From Cenococcum geophilum (lineage: Eukaryota): a DNA stretch of 64,000 bases. Numbering within the stretch: the stretch's first letter is position 1; the number at the start of each line of letters is the position of its first letter. The position numbers and the translations under genes are program-made. The stretch covers positions 4,030,001 through 4,094,000 of the forward strand of contig CP158636.1 of the NCBI GenBank assembly GCA_050273025.1, given 5' to 3'. Positions 1-10,889 of the stretch are shown piece by piece. The notes beneath the pieces are model-generated. The model was not told where the DNA came from, did not search any database, and was given only the letters and a program-made list of their open reading frames with translations.

Positions 1-528
1 CCATTGCTGGGAACATTAGAAGGCCTATGGCTATGCCCATCAGAACACCTTGCGTGAGCATGAATTGCCAATACTCGTGGCATAGGCTCGTCATCATTAT
101 GGAAAAGACGTAGAGGACCGCCGCCGGCCGGATAACCTAATGCCATGTTAGTGGACTGGCTTAAACGTCAATGGGGCCAGAAGACATACCCATGCGCCAA
201 AACGATCAAACAATGGTCCTCCGATGGCGCCTGCTGCGAACTGGAGGAAAAGCGACAGGGATCCAATCCAGGCGATGTTATCTGGCGACTCCTCGCGGAC
301 CTGGTGTGTCATATAGTACTCCTGAAAAACGCCGAATGAGTACGCGTAGCCTACAGTTGAGAAGAAGATGAAAGCCGACCCAGTCACAACAAGCCACGCT
401 CGAGGGCCGCCATCCGGCGCTTCCCCAAAATTGGGAGGTGTATTCTCTTCATCGAGTTCGGCGGCGATGATTGGCTTCTGTTCTTCGCCTTCGCACGAAA
501 CTTCATACTCTGTTCCTGTAGTCGCCAT
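1..528 (-). CDS. MFS monocarboxylate-porter (MCT/Mch-like) transporter, 5' part. Exon 1 is 528-190, intron 189-137, and exon 2 runs from 136 off the left edge
   Basis: The ORF carries PDGGPRAWLVV..GS, SFGVFQEYY, IAWIGS and GGPLFDRFG, typical of fungal MCT-type MFS proteins. The intron reads GTATGT...CTAAC...TAG on the - strand. Exon 2 continues in frame as VIRPAAVLYVFSIMMTSLCHEYWQFMLTQGVLMGIAIGLLMFPAM. No RIP damage is visible. Confidence 0.92.
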
Positions 529-767
529 GTTGCAATAAGAGGTATGCAGTAGCTTATTCTTGAAATGATAGGGGAGGCGGGCGGACTGCAGGACGCTGCC
601 AGGCTGTACTGTGATGTGGTGGAACGTAATACATTATGAGTGAAAACAAGCGGGATGTCGAAACTCATTATATATGATAAGGTCAATGATGGTCATACGA
701 CCCCTAAATGATATGCACACCTCCTACCCAAACAGGCTTGGATTATTCCCGTTCAGTTTAGAAAGTC

Positions 768-840
768 ACCATTCTCACTACCATTCTTACTACCTATAAT
801 ACCATCTACCTACTTTTAAGCTAATTGATTAGATTACGTA
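768..840. mobile_element. Possible pogo/Fot1-type terminal fragment
   Basis: Ends in ...tgattagattACGT-A, the reverse complement of an ACGTAATC-type TIR start, with short internal repeats (ccattcTcactac/ccattcttactac). No partner TIR was found. Confidence 0.3.
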
Positions 841-907
841 GGGGCCCAAAAGGCGTTGCATGAGCTAATTTAGGTGCCGCTACCTTTGCCCAGCGCCTAT
901 CCCTTAA

Positions 908-1720
908 CCCGTCGACGTCCATCGAATATGTGGTGCGTGCGGAACACCAGAACCAGAAGTACGCGTATAGCTTATATAGATTTAATCAATACAATACCAT
1001 CAACCATACCTTCCAATCGTACTTCCAATGATATAGACCTTGTTCAGCAGACTTAATATAATGTTTAACCAAATTAGGTCGCTAAAAACTCACTACTAGA
1101 GCTATAGCTGCTGCCTGATTCTACACCTTTTTAAGTTAATGATTTTAGTAACTATAGTACACTAAATAAACTTTCTGATCTTAATCGACATGATCTGTTT
1201 ACTACATTCAATTAATTCTTTATAGATGAGATTATGGATAAGCTGGTAAAATATACCTATTAAATAATATAGGTAAAAAGTTATAGGCCTTATACAAGAA
1301 TTATCCATTAAGGATTACTGGGGTTTACATTGTTTTATATGATATTTAGTGGATATTAGGGACCTTTCGCACAAGAATATGACCCAATATTGACGCTATT
1401 TTGGCGCGCATAGCCACGTACTACCCCTAATTAAGTAGCAATCACCGAGAATCTATATATTGACGAGTTCAATATGGGTTTTAACGGCCGCTTATAGTTA
1501 GACCTTAATAACTAAGCACGTTATTTCTACTACCTCTACCCCTTTTTAACGAGTAATACTATATCAAGGTATATTTCTTCTTATAACTTTAAATTTATAA
1601 CTCCTACAAAAAATCTTTATATTATAAAGATATAGGAATTATAAAGACAAATCTAATAGTATAAAAATTATAATTTTTAAACATGTAGTTGTTAAAATAT
1701 AAGGATTATAAGTTCTACCG
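908..1720 (+). mobile_element. Degenerate piggyBac-like transposon (5' end plus transposase fragments)
   Basis: TTAA (904-907) is followed by CCCGTCGACGTCC. Fragments read DLFTTFN*FFIDEIMDKLVKYT and NLYIDEFNMGFNGR, which resemble the PGBD/DDE_Tnp_1_7 motifs F..FF.DE....V..T and IDE.M..F.GR. The N-terminus is homologous to the inverted fragment at 4900-5020. Confidence 0.55.
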
Positions 1721-1954
1721 GTCGCATTAGTTTAATTCGCGATTAAAAGTTGTATTCTACCTCTCCCTTTCTACCACCAACTTTGCAATGCTATAGATCT
1801 ACCTCTGCTATGTGCATCGCCCATAGAATCTCTATAGAATATCTCATTTTGATGGGGTGGATATTGCTGGGTAACCCTGCGCGGGCCAACTGCACGGCCG
1901 TGTGGCTCGTCAACCCCTAACGTGGGTCACCAGGTTATGATGGACCACCTAGTT

Positions 1955-4426
1955 AACATGCGGATCGTTGGTACCCCCCAACGAAAATTTTGACCCGAGT
2001 TTATGATTAATAAGCCGATTAATTAACCCAAAGCTTTAATTTAGAGCCTTATTATATAGAGCTTAATTAACATATACTAGTAGGTATGGATTTGTTTCGT
2101 AAATCCTATACCTCTGTCGTGCTTTGCAGTAGGGGGTAAGCTTTGGGCAGAGCCTTATATAGAGCTTTAATAGAGCCTTATATAGAGCTTTGGTAGAGCC
2201 TCATACGGAGCTTCGTGTAGAGCCTTGCGCAGAGCCACATACAGACGTGCAGACGTGCAGCTATTTGTTCTAGCGATTAATTGCAGAGACATTTGTAGAG
2301 ACGATTATATAGGCAATTGTATAGGCGTTTAATTGATCGTTCGTACGGGCGTTTGTGTAGGAAATTGATTAATTAATTAATTGTATGGACGTTTGTAGAG
2401 CCGTGTGTAAAGCTATACATAGAGCCATTTATAGAGTTATTTGTAGAGACGTTCGTATGGGCGTTTAGTTAATTAATTAATTAATCGTATAGGCGTTTAT
2501 ATAGGCAATTAATCAATTAATTAACTAATTATATAGGCGTTTATATAGGCGATTATGCAGACGTTCGTAGAGCCGTTTATAGAGCCTTCCTAGTATATCA
2601 GTTCTGTATGTTAGTAAAGCTTTAGAGCTCCGTATTAAGCTTTAAGTAGAGTTTCAAGTAGAGCTTTAAGCTTAAGGGGGAGACCCCCTTAGACCCCCCT
2701 GCGCACTGTGTGCTCTATTTACTACGTAGGCAGAGCTCTTATAGAGGCTTTAGTAGAGCGTTTAGTAGAGCTTTTACAGAGCTTTATATGGAGGTTTGTA
2801 TAGAGCTTTTGTAGAGCTTTTGCAGAGCTCTATATAGAGCTTCGGTAGAGCTTCGTGCAGAGCTTTAGTGGAGCTTCGTGCAGAGCTTCGGTAGAGCTTC
2901 GTGTAGAGCTTTGGTAGAGCTCCGTGTAGAGCTTCGGTAGAGCTTCGTGTAGAGCTTCGGTAGAGCTTCGTGTAGAGCTTCGGTAGAGCTTCGTGCAGAG
3001 CTTCGTGCAGAGCCTTGTGCAGAGCCACATGCAGGCGTTCGCACGGGCGATTAACTGCAGAGACGTTTGTAGAGACGATTGTATAGGCAATTGCATGGAC
3101 GTTTGATTGATCGATTGTATGGGCGTTTAATTGATTAATTGATTGATTGTATGGGCGTTCGTATGGGCGATTGTGTAGACGTTCGCAGAGCCGTTTATAG
3201 AGCCGTTCGTGTAGACGATTATAGAGCCTTCCTAGTATATCAGTGCTGCGTGTTAGTAGAGCTTTAGAGCTCCGTATTAAGCTTTAAGTAGAGCTTTAAG
3301 TAGAGCTTTAAGTAGAGCTTCGAGTAGAGTTTTAAGCTTAAGGGGGAGACCCCCTTGGACCCCCCCTGCGCACTGCGTGCTCTATTTACTGCGTGGGCAG
3401 AGCTCTTGCAGAGGCTTTGGTAGAGGCTTTGGTAGAGCTTTTAGTAGAGCTTTTGCAGAGCTTCGTACGGAGGTTTAAGCAGAGCTTTTGTAGAGCTTTA
3501 GTAGAGCTCCATGCAGAGCTTTGATAGAGCCTTATGTAGAGCTTTAATAGAGCTTATATTTAGGCTTGTTTTTAAAAGCCTTATAAACGACTTTGTATAG
3601 AGCTTTGAGCAGAGCTTTGTATAGGCGTTCGTGCAGGCGTTCGTGCAGGCGTTCGTGCAGGCGTTCGTGCAGGCGTTCGTGTAGACGTTCGTGTAGGCGT
3701 TCGTACGGACGTTCGTACGGACGATTGTATAGGCGATTGTAGACCTTCGTAGAGACGTTTATACGGGCGTCTGATTAATTGTATAGGTGTCTGATCGATT
3801 GATCGTATGGACGTTTGATTGATTGATCGTATGGGTATTCGTACGGGCGATCGTGTAGACGTTTGTAGAGCCGTTTGTAGAGCCGTTTATAGAGCCGTTT
3901 GTACGGACGATTGTACAGGCAATTATAGAGCCGTCGTAGAGGTGTTTGTAGAGACGTTCGTCGAGACGATTGTGAGACTTCCTAGTATATTAGTGCTGCG
4001 TGTTAGTAGAGCTTTGGAGCTCCGTATAGGGCTTTGAGTAAAGCTTCGAGCAGAGCTTCGAGCAGAGCTTCAAGGGGGAGACCCCCTTAGACCCCCCTGC
4101 GCACTGCGTGCTCCATTCACTATGTGGCCAGTACACTGAGTGGGCAGAGGTGCTACAAAGTCTTTGGTAGAGCTTTTGGTAGAGCTTTTGGTAGAGCTTT
4201 TGCAGAGCTTCGTACGGAGCTTCGTGCAGAGCTTTTGCAGGGCTTTGGTAGAGCTCGATGCAGAGCTTTTGCAGAGCTTTAGTTAAACTCAAATGTTTTG
4301 AAGTTCGTCACGTGTATTTTGCAGGTAGATACCGCCCGCAACTTTTTTTCTAACCAATTAGAAGCTAGCTTGGCGAAGTTTGAAATCCAGGACCCGAAAG
4401 TAATAGACCCTCGTACCTCGGGTCAA
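1955..4426 (-). mobile_element. Non-autonomous Helitron2/HLE2-type element
   Basis: Both ends match the ends of the Rep/Hel element at 7653-21210. One end is CTCGGGTCAA (4417-4426). The other has TTGACCCGAG (1990-1999) sub-terminal to a CGTTGG..CCAACG hairpin and AACATGCGG. There is no TSD, because the host TIR is restored on removal. The interior is tandem repeats only. Confidence 0.8.
2130..4280. repeat. Minisatellite arrays (about 10-12-bp gcagagcttcgt / gtagagcttt / gcaggcgttcgt units) plus three copies of a higher-order block
   Basis: Seen directly. The block cttcctagtatat..agtgctgcgtgttagtagagct...GGGGAGACCCCCTTAGACCCCC.TGCGCACTG recurs at about 2586-2720, 3228-3390 and 3978-4120. Confidence 0.9.
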
Positions 4427-4766
4427 TGACGGAAATCTGACCGCCTTTCTAATTAGGAAAAGCGGTCTCCACTGCAAATCGGCATTTGGCAGTATTTTGG
4501 TGTTCCCGTCATAACTAGGTGGTCTGTCATAACCCGGTGACCCACGTTAGCGTCAATCTCGTGCGAAAGGTCCCTATTACCAGTTTCATATTCCTGAGCA
4601 CGGCGATTTGATTCTATTGATCTGATTGGCTAAATCCTTATCGATAACAGATGGACGCAAGTACAGCCCAGGCCCAGGCCCAGGCCCGCATCTAGTGTAT
4701 GCGGTATTTTACTTAAATGCCGACAGCTTACGACAAGTTGAGGTATTAATGCGATTTACCCTTTAA

Positions 4767-5245
4767 CCCGTTGAAATTCGCCCAACAGTATCGATAAGGA
4801 TCCAGCTCGTCAGAGTAACTAGATCGTCGACAGTGCTCAGATATAAGATGATGATAATCGTCTATGAGGAAGGGTTTGAACTTTGGTAACTCCCAAGACT
4901 GGGGAGGAGGTTTCTTCGCAATCCAATGGGGGGAACCTTGTATTGGGTGGGCTGAACAATATCCAGGTCATTATAAGCACGATTAGGCGGCATGGTGGTG
5001 GTGTAATCGATTAATGAAATATACACCATCTCGTCAATTCCGGTGGTTAGCGCAGCCACGTCTGCACGGCCTTACTTTCCCTTAAACAGCAAAAATACCA
5101 AAACTTCCCCTACAAAAAGGCCGTGCAGACGTGGCTGCGCTAACCACCGGAATTGACGAGATGGTATCGGGTACTTTCAGAACTGGTGTTCGAAAGGGCG
5201 CGCACGGGCTATATTTCCTTATCGATAACGTTAGACGCCAACGGG
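4767..5245 (-). mobile_element. Short piggyBac-like non-autonomous element
   Basis: TTAA-CCCGTTGAAATTCGCCCAACAGTATCGATAAGGA at the left and ...TCCTTATCGATAACGTTAGACGCCAACGGG-CTAA at the right form imperfect TIRs. The internal - strand peptide YISLIDYTTTMPPNRAYNDLDIVQPTQYKV is homologous to YIDLINTIPSTIPSNRTSNDIDLVQQT*YNV at about 970-1065. Confidence 0.6.
5025..5165. repeat. Perfect 49-bp inverted repeat (fold-back MITE-like insert)
   Basis: accatctcgtcaattccggtggttagcgcagccacgtctgcacggcctt (5025-5073) is the exact reverse complement of 5117-5165, with a 43-bp spacer. Confidence 0.9.
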
Positions 5246-5351
5246 CTAAGGATATTTTGTAGAACTGGCTGTAAGGCTAAATCACACAATTTTTAAATCT
5301 AAAGCGGAAGGGTCTAGGCCTATTTTAGGGAGATACATGCATATTAATTAG

Positions 5352-6034
5352 GGCCACCGCTAGTTATACACCCCCTAAACGATACGCATACACCCCCCAA
5401 TTGATACACATACACCCCCTACTTCATTTATCCTTATTAAGTTAGATGCTTCCTCATTAAGTTAGAATATCACGTGCGTTTGACTTGTTTGCGCCTGCAT
5501 CGCGAAAATCAAAGTATTTCGCTCAAATGCTGAGGGCTCTCTACAAGTAGATCTGTCGACGCGATTGGTAATGATAGAACCGGTTGTGGGGTTGATTGAC
5601 CGACCATCGCGACGCTCTATAATTGCAGGCCCTTGGATGCGAAGCAGAGGTGTTGATTTGGGTCCCACCGGGCGCGCGTGGGCGCGTGGGCGCGAAGCAG
5701 ATAGCAGTACCTGAATCAGTTTGCGCGACGCCTCACAAAATACTGCGCAATCTAATTAATCGACTCAGTCGCGATCCAAATTTAGACTCTACTACTTATA
5801 CTATAACTAAAATCAAGACTTGATCGTGATGTTGCAGTTATAAAACCTACGTGGCGCGTACTTTGATTTTCGCGATGCAGGCGCAAACAAGTCAAACGCA
5901 CGTGATATTCTAACTTAATGAGGAAGCATCTAACTTAATGAGGAAGCGTCTAAACTAAATGAGGTAGGGGGTGTATGTGTATCAATTGGGGGGTGTATGC
6001 GTATCGTTTAGGGGGTGTATAACTAGCGGTGGCC
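5352..6034. mobile_element. Mutator-like (MULE) non-autonomous element/MITE
   Basis: TIRs of about 165-175 bp start GGCCACCGCTAGTTATACACCCCC. The direct repeat TTAATTAG(G) lies on both sides (5344-5351 and 6035-6042). No coding capacity. Long TIRs plus an 8-9 bp TSD fit MULEs. Confidence 0.8.
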
Positions 6035-6428
6035 TTAATTAGGGGGTATATGATTATCATCGACCTATAAAAATTGCTGGAGAAGTCACTTTTGGACTGT
6101 TTCCGCATATTTCGCCGTACTCTTGGAGATGAGATCTCTCGGAGATAATACCACGGCCGCGGACACAGACTCGGTGTATTCTGCCAATTGCATGCTAAGA
6201 ACGTTCGGCAAATGGCGAGCGATACGGACCAAAAGCGTAGATGCCGACTTCGACTAATCAACAACATTATCTGACTTCCCGCAACTTATCGATTTTCTTA
6301 TTTTTCAGGTCAGACAAGAGAAAAGTCGGCCCGAGATATGACATAGTCTGAGGTATTGTACGACTACTTATACTTGACAATTTTGAACGGCCCAAGTGCG
6401 AATCAAGGGTGGTCATAAGGAAATAGCC

Positions 6429-7325
6429 ATGACCGAGCCCGAACGTCGGCGCAGAAGGCCGATTGTGTAGGTTGGAATCACCTGTCGGTGTTTGCGCTGA
6501 CAACAGGAGGAATACAGTTCACGCTCTCTCTGCAGGAGACGTAAGATTTGATTGCAATCGAGAAACTCCCTCCAGCAACTGCATGCGGTCCAGAAACGAG
6601 ACTTGCGGCTATGAGAATCACGCTTCTCAACCTCCGCGGCAACATCTTGGCCATGGCCAAACCAGTGAACCTGGCCTGGCCCAAGAGTCCCGAGAGCCCC
6701 ACTACCCAATACCTATTGACCGAGCTTCCAGCATAAGCAGAGGGTCGACAGCCCCAAGCCATCCGTCAATGTCGTTAGTGCCTAGTTCAACAAGTGCATC
6801 GACTCGTGCCAGTCAACTGTTTGCTCGGGGTGTCGAGTCCATGAAGAGAAGCTGTCTAAAGCGACTCAGAAGTCTACCCAATCTCCTGTTCTAACTTCAA
6901 ATTCTAACATAGAGACAACGTCATGTATAGCTGGAACTTTCTACGTCCATTATGAAAGTCGCTTGTTCGGCCAAGCTTAGGTCATCAGCCGTAGCGTTAT
7001 GATAAGAACCGCCTGTTTGGCCAAAGCCGTTAGATTAATGGACTTACACTGGTAAGTTCTTGTGCCATCCATCGGACTTCATTGGACAAGTAGCTTAACA
7101 ACCATTAGTTCCGGGATATTTTTGAGATAATTGAGCCGCATGTACGAGAAAAGACATCGAAGGCTTCCTTTGGTATACAAAGGTGTAAATATTTGGCAAA
7201 GGCCATCAAATCGCGGCGGGCACCTCCGTGGCCATCGCCACCAAGGCCGATTTACCCCGAAAGATGTTGCTGACAAGCTCGTCGACTGTTACCTTCGCAC
7301 GACTGAAACCGTCTATCGAGGTTAA
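6429..7325 (+). pseudogene. Zn(II)2Cys6 fungal transcription factor pseudogene, truncated
   Basis: MTEPERRRRRPIV, then a GTAGGT..CTGAC..CAG intron, then (R)SLCRRRKI*/CNRETP(S)SNCMRSRNETCGY, a broken binuclear cluster with a frameshift and lost Cys residues. Further on are KNRLFGQS(R*)IN, a second intron (GTAAGT..TAG) and KDVADKLVDCYLRTTETVYR, where similarity stops. Confidence 0.85.
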
Positions 7326-8564
7326 TATGTTAGAGAAAGAGCTAGTTTTCTTCTGCACAGTCCTGCAATTCTCCTTAAATCGTGTTGGAGGATGAGGGAG
7401 AGGGTCCCAAGTGGTTGCCATTCGCTTTGATTGGCTGAATTCATGTGACGGACTCCTTATCTCATCCCTTCGTGTGGCAAGTTTTCTTGCACTTTTCGTA
7501 TATGCACGCCTCATAAGCCAATCTAGAGGCTCTATACCGTATAGAGCTTGGTGTTAAAGCCGCTGGTCAGTGCGGTTGCTCGGCTAGCGCCTCATTGACG
7601 TTTTTGACGCTTGGATATTGCAGTAAACAGCAGCGACGTGGCCGGGAAACCTAACATGCGGAACGTTGATCCCCCAACGTAAATTTTGACCCGAGTTTAT
7701 AAGTAATAAGCCAATCAATTTTAGAGCTTTATTATATCGACTTTAATTAATATATATAGAGATAAGGTTTTCCAGGGGGAGACCCCCTGGAACCCCCCTA
7801 TATAGAGCTTTTACTTAATTTAGAAGTAGTAGTAAGATTAAGGCGCCTTAGTTACTGCTAGGTAAGGATCTACTACAGTAACCGAGGCGCCCTACTTAAG
7901 CTGGGCTTAAGGATTATATTGGTTACGAATCTAGTATATATTTAGACTGCAGAGCTTTAATACAGAGCCCTCTACGTAGGATTTAATATAGTAGATTATA
8001 ATTCCAATTTAAAGCTTTATATACTAAATATTTTTAATACCTAATAACTAAATCGCCGCATAGCTGGAATTAAAGTAAGTCTACTACTCTAACTTAATTA
8101 AATACGCGTGTAGGAAGAGATATAACTATATACAGAGACGTTTAATATAATTAAGTAACTACGTTATTGCCTACCCAGTTCGGACGTATAACAACGTAAT
8201 GGCTTGGCGATAATGTAATAGCTTAGCGCCGAGTAATGGGAGGGGGGAGGAGGGGGAGGAGATTAGGGGTGGCTCGGCCACTATAAGAAGGTCGTAATAT
8301 TAGTATAGTGTTAAACTTTAAAAATCGTATCCCGGGAGCTTAATTAACAACCCCTATATAAAATATTAATAACGTTTAATTATAGAGCTTTAAACCGGTA
8401 GATCTCCTAGGAATACCTATTATAAGTAACTCCGAGTATAAAATTTAGAATATTTAGTAGTGGTATAAGTATGGGATAGGGGTACATATTTACGTTCCCA
8501 AATGTCGTTATATAATGCAATTTTTAGGTAACAAAAACCGCCGTTAATTTTGCTTGACTAATAC

Positions 8565-9782
8565 CTACTAGAGGTTCCTCCGTCCTTCCTATCTCCTCTC
8601 TTACCTATCTCCTTGTCTAATACTGCCTATATTGCTATATTAACTAATAGATCCCTTAGTAGAGACTAGGGAGGGGTATTAGAGCGCCTCTAGCTCTTAT
8701 AAGGAAGAAGAAAGAAGAAAAAAAAGGTATAAAGGAGGGAGTATTTATAGACGGAAGGAGGCCTATAAACGGGAGATTAGGCAGCTATAATATAAATATT
8801 AATATTGCTTAACTAACACCTACCGGACGCCCCTCCGTCCTTCCTATCTCCTCTCTTACCCGTCTCCTTGTTAGATGCTATCTATATTACTATATTAACC
8901 AATAAATCCCTTAGTAGGGACTGGGGAGGGGTATTAGAGCACCTCTAGCTCTTATAAGGAAGAAGAAAGAAGAAGAGAGAAAGGTATAAAAAAGGGAGTA
9001 TTTATAGATAGGAGGAGGCCTGCGAATGGGAGATTAGGCAGCTATAATATAGACATTAATATTACTTAACTAATACTTACCGGACACCCCTCCATTCTTC
9101 CTATCTCCTCTCTTACCCGTTTCCTTATTAGATGCTATCTATATTACCACGTCAACTAATAGATCCCTTAGTAGGGACTAGGGAGCACCTCTAGCTCTTA
9201 TAAGGAAGAAAAAAAGAAGAAAAAAAAGTATAGAGAAGGGAGTATTTATAAATGGGAGGAGGCCTATAAATAGGAGATTAGGCAGCTATAATATAGACGT
9301 TAACGTTACTCGGCTAACACCTACTAGAGACTCCTCTATCCTTTCTATCTTCTCTCTTACCCGTCTTCTCGTCTAATACTATCTATATTACTATATTAAC
9401 TAATAGATCCCTTAATAGGGACTAAGGAGGAGTATTAGAGAACCACTAGCTCTTATAAGGAAGAAGAAAAGAAGAAAGGAAGGTATAGAGGAGGGAGTAT
9501 TTATAGATGGGAGGAGGCCTATAAGTATAGGAGATTAGGCAGCTATAATATAGCCGTTAAAGTTGCTTAACTAACACCTACTAGAGGCTCCTCCATCCTT
9601 TTTATCTTCTCTCTCGCCCGTCTTCTTATTTAATGCTGTTTATATTACTATATTAACTAATAGATCCCTTAGTGGAGACTAAGGAGTATTAAAGTACCTC
9701 TAGCTCTTATAAGGAAGAAGAAAAGAAAAAAAGGAAGGTATAAAGAAGGGAGTATTTATAGATGGGAGGAGGCCCTATAAGT
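8565..9782 (-). repeat. Five tandem copies of a ~245-258-bp unit inside the Helitron
   Basis: Units start near 8565, 8819, 9077, 9320 and 9577 (cctccgtccttcctatctcctctc...tagctcttataaggaagaag...ggaggaggcctat...ggcagctataatat). Confidence 0.9.
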
Positions 9783-9889
9783 ATGTAATTTGGTAAGTAC
9801 TAATAAGTATAAGATTCTCGTATAAGATGGGCTTGATTACTTACCAAAATACAAAATATCTCTGTTACTGCAGTGGTAGAGACGCCTTA

Positions 9890-10270
9890 AATATTTAATA
9901 TAACCGACTACTAAGGCTGTTAATAAGTGAAAGGTAGGCTACCGATATAGTGCGAACGATGTAGTTATTAATATCGTTTATAGCCTATTTTTGCTTTTAG
10001 TGTACGCGTAGATTATCCTTATATTTGGCGTAGAGCTAGTTATAGGTAGTAAGCTAATTTAGGTCTAGCTTTGCTATTAATATAGCCGTAGGTAGTATGT
10101 CCCTTAGTATAGGCCGACTTAGTAGTTCTAGCTTTAGAAGATTGTTTTTCTTCTTAAATAGTGCTATGCCTCGTTAGTTTTAGCTATATCTTAGATAATA
10201 AAGAACCATTAAATCCAATCGGATAGCTTATTAAGGATAAGGTTAATTTTTAATTCGGTAGAGGTTATTA
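9890..10270 (-). pseudogene. Copia-type gag N-terminal fragment carried within the Helitron
   Basis: The - strand reads ILNKLSDWI*WFFII*DIAKTNEA*H ... LPTAILIAKLDLN*LTTYN*LYAKYKDNLRVH*KQK*AINDINNYIVRTIS. De-RIPed this is ILDKPSDWIQWFFIIRD..., which resembles the N-terminus of fungal copia gag. No flanking LTRs were seen. Confidence 0.55.
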
Positions 10271-10889
10271 TTTTTAGAATTTAATAGGTTAGGAAGGGTC
10301 TAGGTTAGGGTCCAGCTAGCGTCTTAGCAGAACCTTATTTAGACATTCCGAACTTTTAATTTAATTTATTAGTTTGTTTATTAGTCGGATTTTATTATAG
10401 GGAGCGCGATTAATAACCCCTACTAATAGCTCTAACTATGTCTAATTTTTAATTTATAAATTGGTAGATCTATAGGTAATAGTTATTTTTAAGTAGCTCT
10501 AGGTGCGGTATATATAAAATCTTAACTATAGCGTAGAGAAGTTGTGGCTGCTAATATGCGGTCTTAAGTAGCATATATTCTCAAAGGTCACGTAACTCCT
10601 TATATAAGTAACATTTCCGCCCTTTAAAAAAAATTTAAAAAATTCTAAAAACCAATTAACGCTATAGACAGCAGTAATATTAATCCGGCAATACTGCCAA
10701 TTCTCCTTATATACTATTGTATGTATATCTAACAGCTCTAGAAGTGGTAAGAAGGTAGGATAGATAGGGGGGTTAAAATTTAGAAAATTGGATTTCGCGG
10801 TTAAGATGTTTAAAAGTTAGGAAACTAAGATAAATGCCGTATTCTCCGCTTACCTTTAAGCTAGTATATAATTTCCTAATTAGGAAAAG

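Larger units (their letters stand above)
1920..4547. mobile_element. pogo/Fot1-like MITE (about 155 bp of its own sequence), split by a Helitron-type insertion
   Basis: TA-ACGTGGGTCACCAGGTTATGATGGACCACCTAGTTA... at the left is the inverted repeat of ...TAACTAGGTGGTCTGTCATAACCCGGTGACCCACGT-TA at the right. TA flanks both ends (1918-19 and 4548-49). The left TIR resumes as TGACGG at 4427. Confidence 0.8.

Noticed and set aside
2774..4292. Short LYTKLYRSS / ALQKLYQ ORFs
   Set aside because: The same minisatellite artefact inside the non-autonomous Helitron.
7330..7652. Possible - strand gene relic continuing across the Helitron into 21211-21700
   Set aside because: Partly open frames exist on both sides, but I recognised no motif and could not join them in frame with confidence.
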